DNA of 60,432 nucleotides, counting the filler. It is 5 parts of 5 records of this genome, joined end to end, with 100 filler letters (N's around TTAATTAATTAA, not from the genome) between each part and the next. Parts side by side here need not be neighbours in the genome. Positions count along the whole stretch, not along the records: positions 12,151 to 35,192 come from SRR31156797_25982; positions 35,293 to 45,359 come from SRR31156797_26028; 3 more parts are not named here. The stretch is one strand, 5' to 3'. The stretch's first letter is position 1. The number at the start of each line of letters is the position of its first letter. Below, one piece after another: positions 30,698 through 39,966 of the stretch. Both the position numbers and the translations under genes were made by a program. Below the pieces are notes generated by a model. It was not told where the DNA came from. It saw nothing but the letters and a program-made list of their open reading frames with translations, and did no database searches.

Positions 30698-32080
30698 ATG
30701 AAGACCAAGGAAATCAACAAGAAAGAACAAATAAAAACTGAGTTAACCGAAAGAGGAATTGAGTTTATCTTGACCCAGTTTGTCGACATTGACGGATGCC
30801 CCAAGGTCAAGCAGGTGCCAATTGACAGCTTTGACGCTGTCGTGGAAGATGGGGCAGGTTTTGCAGGTGCTGCTGTTTGGGGCATGGGGCTCGGACCTGA
30901 AAGCCATGACTTAATGGCGAGGACCGATCTTGACACCTTTACCCAGCTGCCCTGGCAGCCTAACGTTGCTATGGCCGCCTGTGACCTGTTTGTCGACAAA
31001 AAGGCCTGGCCCCTTTGCCCAAGAACCAACTTGAAAAGGATGCTGGCTCGCCTTGCTGAAAGGAACATGATCCTTAATGGTGGCTTCGAACCCGAACATT
31101 TCCTGGTGGTACGCGACGGTAACAAAATTAAGCCATGGGATCCCAGTGGAATCGATACTCTAGCTAAACCCTGTTATGACTTCAAGGGACTGTGCCAGAG
31201 CATGGACTACCTTCAAGATATCACCCGCTACGGCAACGCAATGGGATTTGGCATTTACCAGAGCGACCATGAAGACGCAAACGGTCAGTACGAAATTAAC
31301 TATGGTTGGACTCACGCTCTTGGAGCAGCCGACCAATTAATCCACTTTAGAATGCTGTCTAATCAGGTAGCGCGCAAATACGGCGCCATAGCAACCTATC
31401 TAGCCAAACCCTTTGCTAACAAGACAGGCTCAGGTGCGCACTTCCACTTTCATGTTGCCGACCTGGAAACAGGTCACAATCTCTTCCCTCTTCCCCAAGG
31501 AGAAACGGACTGGAAAGGACTTGGGATGTCAGAGACTGCCATGTATTATGTAGGCGGACTCCTCAAACACATACGTGCCCTGACAGCATTGTCATCACCG
31601 CAGGTCAATTGTTACCGACGTATCCAGAGTGGAGAATTTGTTTACTCCTCTGATTCTGGAAATACCTGGACTCCCTCTTTTGGCTCGTACGGAGATAACA
31701 ATAGAACTCAACTACTGAGGAGCCCAGCTCCCAACCGATTTGAGGACAGGTCACCCTCCGGCATGGTCAATCCTTACCTCTACCTTGCCGCTCATATCGG
31801 AGCAGGACTTGACGGCATTGAAAACAAAATTGACCCGGGCGAAGCAATTATTGGTAAAAATGTGTGGAACATGTCCATCAAAGAGCGAAAGGAAATGGGC
31901 ATGATCCTCCTGCCTCAGAACCTCCTGGAAGCCGTGGGAGAACTGGAAACAGATGAAGTAATCAAGGAAAGTATTGGTCCAATTGCAGATGAATTTATAC
32001 ACCTGAAGAAGGCTGAATGGGGTACTTACATGCGACACGTTACCTCCTGGGAAATAGACAGAACCCTGACCATGTTCTAA
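30698..32080 (+). CDS. gmaS: Gamma-glutamylmethylamide synthetase-like type III glutamate-ammonia ligase (GmaS/GlnT)
   Basis: GAGFAG, D.L.KPCYD, YQSDHEDANGQYEIN, TGSGAH.H, SG.TW.P...SYGDNNRT, NPYL. GGAG RBS before ATG 30698. Adjacent to mgs genes. Confidence 0.85.
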   Translation: MKTKEINKKEQIKTELTERGIEFILTQFVDIDGCPKVKQVPIDSFDAVVEDGAGFAGAAVWGMGLGPESHDLMARTDLDTFTQLPWQPNVAMAACDLFVDKKAWPLCPRTNLKRMLARLAERNMILNGGFEPEHFLVVRDGNKIKPWDPSGIDTLAKPCYDFKGLCQSMDYLQDITRYGNAMGFGIYQSDHEDANGQYEINYGWTHALGAADQLIHFRMLSNQVARKYGAIATYLAKPFANKTGSGAHFHFHVADLETGHNLFPLPQGETDWKGLGMSETAMYYVGGLLKHIRALTALSSPQVNCYRRIQSGEFVYSSDSGNTWTPSFGSYGDNNRTQLLRSPAPNRFEDRSPSGMVNPYLYLAAHIGAGLDGIENKIDPGEAIIGKNVWNMSIKERKEMGMILLPQNLLEAVGELETDEVIKESIGPIADEFIHLKKAEWGTYMRHVTSWEIDRTLTMF

Positions 32081-32126
32081 AAAACCTCCCCTCCTCCGAC
32101 TTAAACATGTTGAAACAACCTCCAAA

Positions 32127-32168
32127 TGTGCCTGGGGCCAGATGTAAACCCAGGCACACATTTCTTTC
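32127..32168 (+). terminator. Hairpin after gmaS
   Basis: TGTGCCTGGG-N12-CCCAGGCACA followed by CATTTCTTTC. Confidence 0.55.
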
Positions 32169-32198
32169 AAAACGACTACAGCGACTGAAACAATAAAA

Positions 32199-32669
32199 AT
32201 GGCTTATAATCACATCCTGGGTTTACTAAAAAAAAGCGGACTGCCCTACACCCTACATGACCACCACCCAGTCACCACGATAGAAGACGCCAGATCCAAA
32301 GTACCCCATTTAACAGTGAACCTGATTAAAACTGTCGTTTTTCACATCAAAGACAGCCACTGGATTCTTGCCGGGGTCAACGGAACGGATCGCATCCACT
32401 ACAAACATCTCGGAGATGCCTTTGGGGTCAACCGGAAACTGCTCCGATCAGTCTCCCCATCAGAGGTTGAGTCAGAACTGGGATTTCAAATCGGCGGGGT
32501 AGGCCCATTTCCGGTAAATGACGATATCAGGATAATTCTGGATCAAGAATTGATGAACCTGGGCACGATTTTCTGTGGAAGTGGAAAAAATACAGTTACC
32601 ATCGAGATGGCCGTACATGATCTGGCTGCGGTGACAGAAGCAAGGGTTGCAGCTATCAGGAAAGAATAA
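32199..32669 (+). CDS. YbaK/ProX-family aminoacyl-tRNA editing domain protein
   Basis: H.PVTTIEDA, LIKTVVF, LGFQIGGVGPF, IILDQ, CGSG. Confidence 0.88.
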   Translation: MAYNHILGLLKKSGLPYTLHDHHPVTTIEDARSKVPHLTVNLIKTVVFHIKDSHWILAGVNGTDRIHYKHLGDAFGVNRKLLRSVSPSEVESELGFQIGGVGPFPVNDDIRIILDQELMNLGTIFCGSGKNTVTIEMAVHDLAAVTEARVAAIRKE

Positions 32670-32673
32670 CTGC

Positions 32674-33276
32674 TCAACCGGCATCATGGGCCCGATGCGA
32701 GACCATGACGGAAAGAAATCGTATGGGCAGGTGAATAAGTTCCTCTGGCCCGTGAGTCGCATCAGAGTTGAAGAGCAGGGAATCACCAGGCTCCAGATGA
32801 TAGGATCCGTTGGCAAGGGTGTACACCATCTCACCCTCCAGCATATAAATGTATTCCATCCCCGAGTGCTGGAACAAAGGAAAGACCTCGGATTCTTCAT
32901 TCAAGGTTACTAGATAGGGCTCAACTGTAACATTCTTACCAAGACTGTGACCTAGAAGTTGGTACTGATGCCCTGTACGGCTCCCTCGCCTGTCAATGGC
33001 GACCCCCTGACCAGCCTTAACAAAACTGGCATCGCGCTCCTCCTCAAACTTTCTAAAAATAGCAGTAAGAGGTATATTTAGAGCCAAAGACAACGATTGA
33101 AGAGTGGATAGCGAAGGAGAGGTGTTACCGGTTTCAATTTTGGACAACATCCCTGCCGACAAAGAGGCCAAGTTCGCTAGTTCGGCAATTGTTAAACCGA
33201 TCTTTTTTCGATATCCTCTAATTTCTCTGCCGATGGACCGTTCAATGGTATTTTCAGTCCCGTTATCTCCACTCAT
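32674..33276 (-). CDS. XRE-family HTH-cupin transcriptional regulator
   Basis: GLTIAELANLASLSAGMLSKIETGNTSPSL plus a cupin (FQHSGMEYIYMLEGEM...PGDSLLF....HGP). This type is often seen beside methylamine/glycine-betaine loci. Confidence 0.92.
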   Translation of the reverse strand: MSGDNGTENTIERSIGREIRGYRKKIGLTIAELANLASLSAGMLSKIETGNTSPSLSTLQSLSLALNIPLTAIFRKFEEERDASFVKAGQGVAIDRRGSRTGHQYQLLGHSLGKNVTVEPYLVTLNEESEVFPLFQHSGMEYIYMLEGEMVYTLANGSYHLEPGDSLLFNSDATHGPEELIHLPIRFLSVMVSHRAHDAG

Positions 33277-34276
33277 TATCCGCCCTTAAGGTTATATTAG
33301 TCGCAAGCCCTGCTGGCTACCGATGGCTTTCCAGTAACATACAAACAGGAGATCTCATTTCAGCCTTTTTTTCAACTCCCACTTAAAGCGTCCTGACCAG
33401 CCTGTCACAAAGTCTCAACTTTTCCGTTTCTTGCATGACAGCAATCAACATCACTACGATTTTAACTTAAAAAGACAAAAACAGTAAAAAACAAATTGCC
33501 GCTTTTGCAATATAGTAATTTAACAAAATAGCATTAATTTAAAAAAAATCCAATTATTTATTGCATTTCCCACAAAACAATTAGATTTTTTCATGAAAAA
33601 ACAGACTATATTTATCAACAGCCTTTTAATTAATACCTATTTACCAAAAGAAAATAACAAACTATAGCACATGCACTTTAAAGTGAATAACAAACCTGGA
33701 GACCCATTGCAAAACTTAAAACACATTGCGAAAGCTTAACAATTTACTAAATGAACACAACGCCAACACTGCTATTTAGTATTTATCGATGACAACGACG
33801 AACTTGAACAGATTACGTTGTTATGAAGATGCTCTCGTAAAATCAAACACAAACAAGCCTTAAACACAACCAACGAAAAAATGCTGACTGTCAGCAGCAC
33901 CTATTTAAGAAGGATACCATCTCAAGGAACCTTCAACAATCTCTGTGCAAAAGACTTTAATTAGTTCAATGATTACCAATGACGCTCTCTTTGAGTTTAC
34001 CAAAGGAAAGATATTATCGATAAACGGCATGAAATTTTTTATACTAGACAGAGACGGAAGGGAGAGAAAATGCGTCCTCCTTTAGCAGCAGGCTACCTAA
34101 GAAGACACGACGTGACACCGCCTCTATGCAAGAGGTCATGTCACATTTCTTTGACTAAACTCAGTTGAGCACACCAGCCTGTTTACAAATAATTAAAAAC
34201 GAAAAAAGGCGGTAAAGCAGCCATAAAACTGCTCCGAATCTGCCCGCCTAAGTAGAGAGAACCTAATTGGAAATCT

Positions 34277-34990
34277 ATGAACGTATTAACTGAAATCAAC
34301 ATCAAAGTGACCCCCCAGGAAGTCCTACGCCCCCTGTGCCGTGGACGGAGGGATCCTTCCTGGATGCTCGATGAAGCAAAAACGGCTATTGAGACGGCCT
34401 TCGACCTCTGGCGCCCGGTTATCGTTTTTGAATGGGTCTGGGTTTTAGGTATGAACGGCGAGACAATGACCGTTCTTGCCGAGCAAACTGGACAGAAAGC
34501 CCAACTTCAAATCGGCCCACATATCCACCTCCTTTCAAAGGCTGAGATGGCTCTGGTTTCTATCAACAGCATTGGCGCCAAACTGGATCAAAAAGTCAAT
34601 GAACTGAACCTGACTGGGGAAAACCTCGCAGCATACATCCTGGACAGCGTTGGGGTTGTGGGATTAAGCAAGGTTGGTAGTGCAGCTTCGGCCCTGGCCG
34701 AACAAGAGGCTGCCCAAAGGTGCTGGGGCGTCGGGCCTCGATTAAGCCCCGGCTCTTTGGAAGGATGGTCCGTGGAAGGGCAGCAGGACCTCTGCAGCCT
34801 ACTTCCTTTAGAGAAGGGAGGACTCAAACTTAACCAGAACGGCCTGATCATTCCGTTTAAGTCTGCTTCCGGCCTGATTGGCCTGGGGCCGGAATACCAA
34901 TCTTCAAAAGTAGGGTCAGTGTGCAAGCTCTGTGAGCACAAAGACACCTGCTGGCGCAGGCAACCAGACACAACCGAAAACCGTGGATAA
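34277..34990 (+). CDS. Stand-alone methionine-synthase activation-domain-like protein
   Basis: SIGAKLD...AYILDSVG, RLSPG..GW...Q, IIPFKSASGLIGLG, C-terminal CKLC..C. Confidence 0.7.
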   Translation: MNVLTEINIKVTPQEVLRPLCRGRRDPSWMLDEAKTAIETAFDLWRPVIVFEWVWVLGMNGETMTVLAEQTGQKAQLQIGPHIHLLSKAEMALVSINSIGAKLDQKVNELNLTGENLAAYILDSVGVVGLSKVGSAASALAEQEAAQRCWGVGPRLSPGSLEGWSVEGQQDLCSLLPLEKGGLKLNQNGLIIPFKSASGLIGLGPEYQSSKVGSVCKLCEHKDTCWRRQPDTTENRG

Positions 34991-35192
34991 TCAGGCATTA
35001 AAAAACTAGTTTTTCTTACAGCATAACAGAGCGCAACAGTCTCCGTCATGACGCAACAGCCCATGCAGCAGGTAACCAACCAACAGAAAAAATAACTATA
35101 GAGAGAAGATGAATCCGACTCTGCGATCAGGATGTCGAGATGATGAGGAGTACGATATCGAGGATGTGGTGATCATGTGATGCAGAAGAGTA

Positions 35193-35292
35193 NNNNNNNN
35201 NNNNNNNNNNNNNNNNNNNNNNNNNNNNNNNNNNNNTTAATTAATTAANNNNNNNNNNNNNNNNNNNNNNNNNNNNNNNNNNNNNNNNNNNN
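35193..35292. other. Artificial contig spacer
   Basis: N44-TTAATTAATTAA-N44. Confidence 0.99.
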
Positions 35293-35293
35293 A

Positions 35294-36031
35294 ACTGCAT
35301 TAGCTTTTGCTATGCCTGATGATGGTGGTTACGTTGTAACCCCTTCAACTGGTCATTATACTGAAGACGAAGTTGTTGACAGCAACGGTGCTGACAAGAA
35401 CATCACTTTCTGGGAACTACCGTTATGGATACAACTATCCGTAGTAGGTGGAGCAACTCTATCTACCTTTGCATTTTTAAAATACCTCCCTCTTCTTCTC
35501 GGAAAAATATTTACAAAAGGCACTAATCCTAAACTTGAAGCAATAGTCGCTTACATATCTAAGAATCCAGGCTGTCTTGAGATTGAAATTGCTGAGAATC
35601 TGAATCTAAAGAGAGGCACCTTAAGGTACTACCTTACAAGATTACAATCCTCTAATTGCACACATACGATTAGAAAAGGCAAGATAAAAGGTATTTTTCA
35701 CATCACCTGCTCAAAAACGGAAGATCAAAAAATCCTTGATCTGCATAAGAGAAACGGGACCCGTAAAAAGCTGATCGAGATTATAGCAAAGAACCCGGGT
35801 GTAACAGGTCAGGAACTGTCTGAAGATCTCAATGTTGACAAGAGTACAGTACACTGGCACGTCAAAGAGCTCCATGCAGATGAATTCATCAACTTCGAAA
35901 AAGATGGGAGATTTAAAAGATATTATCCACAGTCTGCTTTGGTATCTGATGACAACAACAGTAATATGTTAAAAATGGAGGAGAATCAGACTTTCTCCTC
36001 TCTTCAAAACTATGAGATTAAATCTAAATAG
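35294..36031 (+). CDS. Membrane-anchored double winged-HTH transcription regulator; 5' end probably truncated
   Basis: The frame is open from the gap (TALAFA-MPDDGGYVVTP). An acidic segment is followed by a TM (FWELPLWIQL...) and two wHTH repeats (YISKNPG...IAENLNLKRGTLRYYL; IIAKNPG.T..ELSEDLNVDKSTVHWHV). Confidence 0.85.
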   Translation, partial: TALAFAMPDDGGYVVTPSTGHYTEDEVVDSNGADKNITFWELPLWIQLSVVGGATLSTFAFLKYLPLLLGKIFTKGTNPKLEAIVAYISKNPGCLEIEIAENLNLKRGTLRYYLTRLQSSNCTHTIRKGKIKGIFHITCSKTEDQKILDLHKRNGTRKKLIEIIAKNPGVTGQELSEDLNVDKSTVHWHVKELHADEFINFEKDGRFKRYYPQSALVSDDNNSNMLKMEENQTFSSLQNYEIKSK

Positions 36032-37121
36032 TTACCAGTCCAAACCCGTAAACAGGGTCCTTTCCTGAACTTCCAAGGTCAATCGCATTAGAGCAAAGAA
36101 GCTCTCTTACTTCCTGTGAAGTCAGGGACTGATTCTCACTTTTAACCAAGGCAGCAACTCCGGTTACAAAAGGTGTTGCCATTGATGTTCCTGATTCTGT
36201 CGTATAGCCGTCATTCAGGAATGTTGAATAGATACTTACTCCGGGTGCAGCTAACTCTACTTCATCTCCGTCAGAACTCCATATTGGTGCAATTCCAGTG
36301 CTGTCAATGGCTGAAACTGCTATTACAGAGTCGAACTTTGCAGGATACTCAACATTATTCGAAGTAGTATCTCCATCTCCACTGTTACCAGCTGCAGCGA
36401 CCAAAAGAACATCTGAACTATATGCATTATCACATGCTTCTTCAAAAGCCTGCGAATAAGCAGTAGTTCCAATACTCATAGAAACTATATCCATATCATT
36501 TGCAACAGCCCACTCTATGCCTTCTATAACATCAGATATCTGCCCATTACCACTACTGTCTAAAACCTTGACAGCGTATAATTCAGAGTCATATGCTACA
36601 CCAACGACACCAATAGAGTTGTTACAGGCAGCTATTATGCCAGCAACATGTGTACCGTGGCCATTGTCATCATCCCATTTCTTACTGCTTTTGTCTCCTA
36701 CCAAACTTACTCCACCTGCTACATCCAGATCGGAATGTTTCTTGCTTATTCCAGTATCTACTACAGCAATCTTAATCCCGGCTCCGGTTGAATTGCTCCA
36801 GGCATCTGGCGCGTTTACCTCAGAAACACCCCAATCGATGACCTGTGAGGATTGAGTATCTTTCTTTTCAATATCAATAGAGATATCATTCTCTATATAC
36901 CGAATTTTCTTTTCACTGGACAGATCTTCTATGGTAGATTCAGATATATCTGCAGAAAAAGCATTGATTTGTTGATAAATAGTGTAATTTGAAATGTTGT
37001 ATTCTTCAAGGATAGCAGTGTCTATATTTCCACTATATCCTACAATTAATGGTTTAGCGTTTGCTGCTAATGGTAGTGGTAACAATACCATTGTGATTAG
37101 AAATATTGTTTTGATGTGCAT
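36024..37121 (-). CDS. Secreted subtilisin-like serine protease (S8)
   Basis: Signal peptide, I9-like prodomain, catalytic triad VVDTG / HGTHVAG / SGTSMATP. Confidence 0.96.
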   Translation of the reverse strand: MHIKTIFLITMVLLPLPLAANAKPLIVGYSGNIDTAILEEYNISNYTIYQQINAFSADISESTIEDLSSEKKIRYIENDISIDIEKKDTQSSQVIDWGVSEVNAPDAWSNSTGAGIKIAVVDTGISKKHSDLDVAGGVSLVGDKSSKKWDDDNGHGTHVAGIIAACNNSIGVVGVAYDSELYAVKVLDSSGNGQISDVIEGIEWAVANDMDIVSMSIGTTAYSQAFEEACDNAYSSDVLLVAAAGNSGDGDTTSNNVEYPAKFDSVIAVSAIDSTGIAPIWSSDGDEVELAAPGVSIYSTFLNDGYTTESGTSMATPFVTGVAALVKSENQSLTSQEVRELLCSNAIDLGSSGKDPVYGFGLVTI

Positions 37122-37207
37122 AGTTTCTCCTGTGGCGAGGCTTTTGTTTATTTTTGCTCACCCGGCCTATTAACATTCAAAATATTATGGGCAACTTTAT
37201 TAACATC

Positions 37208-37228
37208 TTATGGCCATACTATCCAACT
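37208..37228 (-). promoter_or_regulatory. Conserved 21-bp motif, copy 1 (subtilase promoter)
   Basis: Coding strand AGTTGGAT-agtat-GGCCATAA, then 4 nt, then a TTAATAAA TATA-like box. Confidence 0.75.
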
Positions 37229-37306
37229 ATCAAAAACATAACTTCTGTATCACACTAAAAATATGATTACATTGTATGATCTTTAAAAAATGTCTGTATC
37301 TCTTGA

Positions 37307-37705
37307 TTAATCTGACCACTCAAGACTACACTGATAATAGTTCTCCCCAACCTTCATGTGCTCAGTACTGTTGTTATACAAAATCATATAGAACTCATCC
37401 AAGTTCTCCATAACCTCTTCCTCCTCAAAAGGAACTTTGCTTTTACCATTAGGAGAAAAGAGTGCCTTCTGTACATAGGGATACTTTTCCAAATCCTCTT
37501 GGGCAAATTCAACAAAATTGCCTGGTTCCCCCCGAGCTGGCTTTACTATTACATAAAGACCTGCATCGGGATTGTCTATAACTTGTACAGGCTCGTCTAT
37601 AACTGCTCCGGGATTGTATATAACTAAAAAGAAGTAAGCAATAGCAATCACAGCAGAAAGAATAACAACGCCACCAATAACTTTTAAACCTTTATTTAAT
37701 TTCAT
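37307..37705 (-). CDS. Membrane-anchored hypothetical protein (partner of the metalloprotease)
   Basis: One N-terminal TM helix and an acidic soluble domain. GAGG RBS. Directly downstream of the metalloprotease. Confidence 0.7.
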   Translation of the reverse strand: MKLNKGLKVIGGVVILSAVIAIAYFFLVIYNPGAVIDEPVQVIDNPDAGLYVIVKPARGEPGNFVEFAQEDLEKYPYVQKALFSPNGKSKVPFEEEEVMENLDEFYMILYNNSTEHMKVGENYYQCSLEWSD

Positions 37706-37755
37706 TCTATTATCCTCATAAAAGTAAAGTAGAGTTTCCTCTACTTATATTTTTG

Positions 37756-38475
37756 TTAGAAGTGATATCTATTGTTCCCAATAATGCTATTGCAGTCGCT
37801 GCACCATTCATCTGTTGAATAGCAATGTTCATAGTTCATTATGCAGACTGGAAGATCAGAATCTTTATGGTCAGGACAGCCATAGTTATGAGATGCTTCG
37901 TGTTGAGCAACATGCCAATCTCCACTAGAACTTTGATGTTTTAAAATCCATGTATCAGCAAGAGGACCATTTTCAGCCTTCCCTCCTGAATCCATGTCTT
38001 GACCTGTAAAAACAGCTAGCATGTCACAACCCTGTTTATTGCTCGGCCAGTTTATATCATATTCGGCATCATCCATCAATTCACTACCATCAGTCTCACT
38101 GTCATCACTTTCCCATTCGTCATAGACATATACTATAAAGTTGATATCGTGATCAGCATAGAATGCATTATCTGCAGTTTCTATGGTATCAAATGCTTCC
38201 TGTTGCCAGTTGTTACCAAAATGAGCTCTGTACTCTTCATCTGCATCAATCAATACATATACACTAACTATGGATTTCGTACCTACTGATGTCTGGTTAC
38301 TCTGTGCAGATATCAGATTTTCAGTTGCAGCATTTTTTAAATCTTCTGAATAGTTTTCAGGCAAACGCTCCAGATCTTCAAAACTCTCAATCTTTGCACC
38401 ATCAGGTTTCAAGTCTTTTTCGATGAACTTTCTAACAGTTTCAGGATTATCATCAGTAGCAAAGTAATTGTTCTT
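37756..38475 (-). pseudogene. Metzincin-type zinc metalloprotease lacking its 5' end
   Basis: QHEASHNYGCPDH and Met-turn CIMNY. The frame is open from 38475 after a TAG at 38478-38476, with no ATG, RBS or signal peptide upstream. Confidence 0.7.
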
Positions 38476-38566
38476 CTATTTTTTCTTATTCTCAAAAATT
38501 ATGGTTATTAATATGAAGACAGGAATTCTTGTATAGATAATTCAGGTTAATCGAAAAAAAATAACT

Positions 38567-38752
38567 CTAGATTTTTGTTCGCTTAACATATTGTTGTAAA
38601 AAAACAGTAAGTATCGAAAATAACAATGTCAAAACCAGTAAAAATAAACTGAACTCATCTTTGAGCCACGATAGATAAGCATTATAGAAAGCAGTCACAA
38701 TGGCTATTAATCCAAAAAATCGAGATAGTTGTGTATATAGTTGTACGTCCAT
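38567..38752 (-). CDS. 61-aa two-TM protein, putative immunity protein
   Basis: GGAG RBS and two hydrophobic helices. Follows the secreted precursor. Paralogous to 41344-41529. Confidence 0.75.
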   Translation of the reverse strand: MDVQLYTQLSRFFGLIAIVTAFYNAYLSWLKDEFSLFLLVLTLLFSILTVFLQQYVKRTKI

Positions 38753-38818
38753 GTGAAATCTCCGATTGTTAATATCTTTATGTTCTAGATAAATAAAAAG
38801 GGAAGTTTAAATCTCCCC

Positions 38819-39616
38819 TCAAATATAAAAATAGTCTACTTCAACATGCATCATGCCCGTTGGAGTCAAGAAGAAGTCGAGATATATGTCTCGGTAGTCT
38901 ACATCATAGTATTCAGGAATAGCAGCAAGAATTGCAGCAGCAATTGCAGCTAGTCCTGCAGCAGTACCCATACTGAAAAAAGCCAACACAGCAATAATAA
39001 TTCCGCCGGTCACCAGAAGATCTGCATATTGAAGATTATTGTAAATCAAAACAGAACCCCATGGGGCAGTACTTGGGACATCTATTTTAGTCGACCTCAA
39101 ACTAACGGATTCTTCGTTGCTTGAAGAATCTAATACTTCTTCGTTGAGAGTATCAATTTGTTTTTTAGGCACCTCTATGATCTCATTTGATTTTTTAGTT
39201 TTACCATCAACAGTCAATGATTGCTCAAAATTGCACAAAATACTTTCCTGTTTCTCTTCAATTATTGATGAATCCATCACAAAATTAAAATCATTTCCGA
39301 GATACTTGACGTGAGTAGAACCATCTGCTTTTATTATTCCTGAGACAGTTCCCTTTGTCTTCAAGGTTTTAAGTTTGTTGTCCACTTCTTTTTCAACATT
39401 AATTTTAAAATCACCGGTATAATAGATGTCTTCTCCAATTTTTTCATAACTACTAATTTTGACATCAAGGTCATGAACTGTAATATCCTTAGATTCCAGC
39501 ATTTGCTCATACCAAGCAATCTCAGCTCTGGCACTTGCAGCGGGCACAAATGCTAAACTAACGACTAATAGTGCCATGAACATAGCACTTATTTTGATTT
39601 TTCCATTTAGTTTCAT
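38819..39616 (-). CDS. Secreted precursor with hydrophobic, bacteriocin/halocin-like C-terminal domain
   Basis: Signal peptide ...LVVSLAFVPAASA, charged pro-region, linker SSSNEESVSLRS, then a Gly/Ala-rich hairpin LLVTGGIIIAVLAFFSMGTAAGLAAIAAAILAAIP. Confidence 0.7.
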   Translation of the reverse strand: MKLNGKIKISAMFMALLVVSLAFVPAASARAEIAWYEQMLESKDITVHDLDVKISSYEKIGEDIYYTGDFKINVEKEVDNKLKTLKTKGTVSGIIKADGSTHVKYLGNDFNFVMDSSIIEEKQESILCNFEQSLTVDGKTKKSNEIIEVPKKQIDTLNEEVLDSSSNEESVSLRSTKIDVPSTAPWGSVLIYNNLQYADLLVTGGIIIAVLAFFSMGTAAGLAAIAAAILAAIPEYYDVDYRDIYLDFFLTPTGMMHVEVDYFYI

Positions 39617-39798
39617 TTATTTTTACCTCTATTACCTACTCCAAGGCAAGATTCCGTAAGCTTTAAACACTATCATAGCAAACATTTCTATGCCTCAGGG
39701 CAATTCCGAGATTCAGGACACTATTACCAACACTGTTTGAATCTCGGCTACATTTATTCATGTAGCAATTAAAAAATCTAGATCTACTTATTAAGAAA

Positions 39799-39819
39799 TT
39801 ATGGCCTTATCATCCAACT
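39799..39819 (-). promoter_or_regulatory. Conserved 21-bp motif, copy 2
   Basis: Coding strand AGTTGGAT-gataa-GGCCATAA, then 4 nt, then TTAATAAG. Confidence 0.75.
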
Positions 39820-39867
39820 GAAGTATTAGATCTATTTTCCCTAGATGTTTCTCAAGTCTGATGACTA

Positions 39868-39888
39868 AGTTGGATACTATGGCCATAA
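39868..39888 (+). promoter_or_regulatory. Conserved 21-bp motif, copy 3
   Basis: AGTTGGAT-actat-GGCCATAA, then 4 nt, then TTTATATT. Confidence 0.75.
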
Positions 39889-39966
39889 TTTTTTTATATT
39901 ATCTATAAATTAATGAGTTTAGATCGAAATTAATGAAAATGAGACCTCTATTGGGGAGCTAACGGT

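Noticed and set aside
35101-35192. GAT/GAG-rich tract at the end of contig 2
   Set aside because: It is short and at a contig end, so possibly low-quality sequence. No interpretable structure.
34990-35400. Bacteria-archaea horizontal transfer junction linking the methylamine cluster to methanogen genes
   Set aside because: The junction is a spacer between unrelated contigs.
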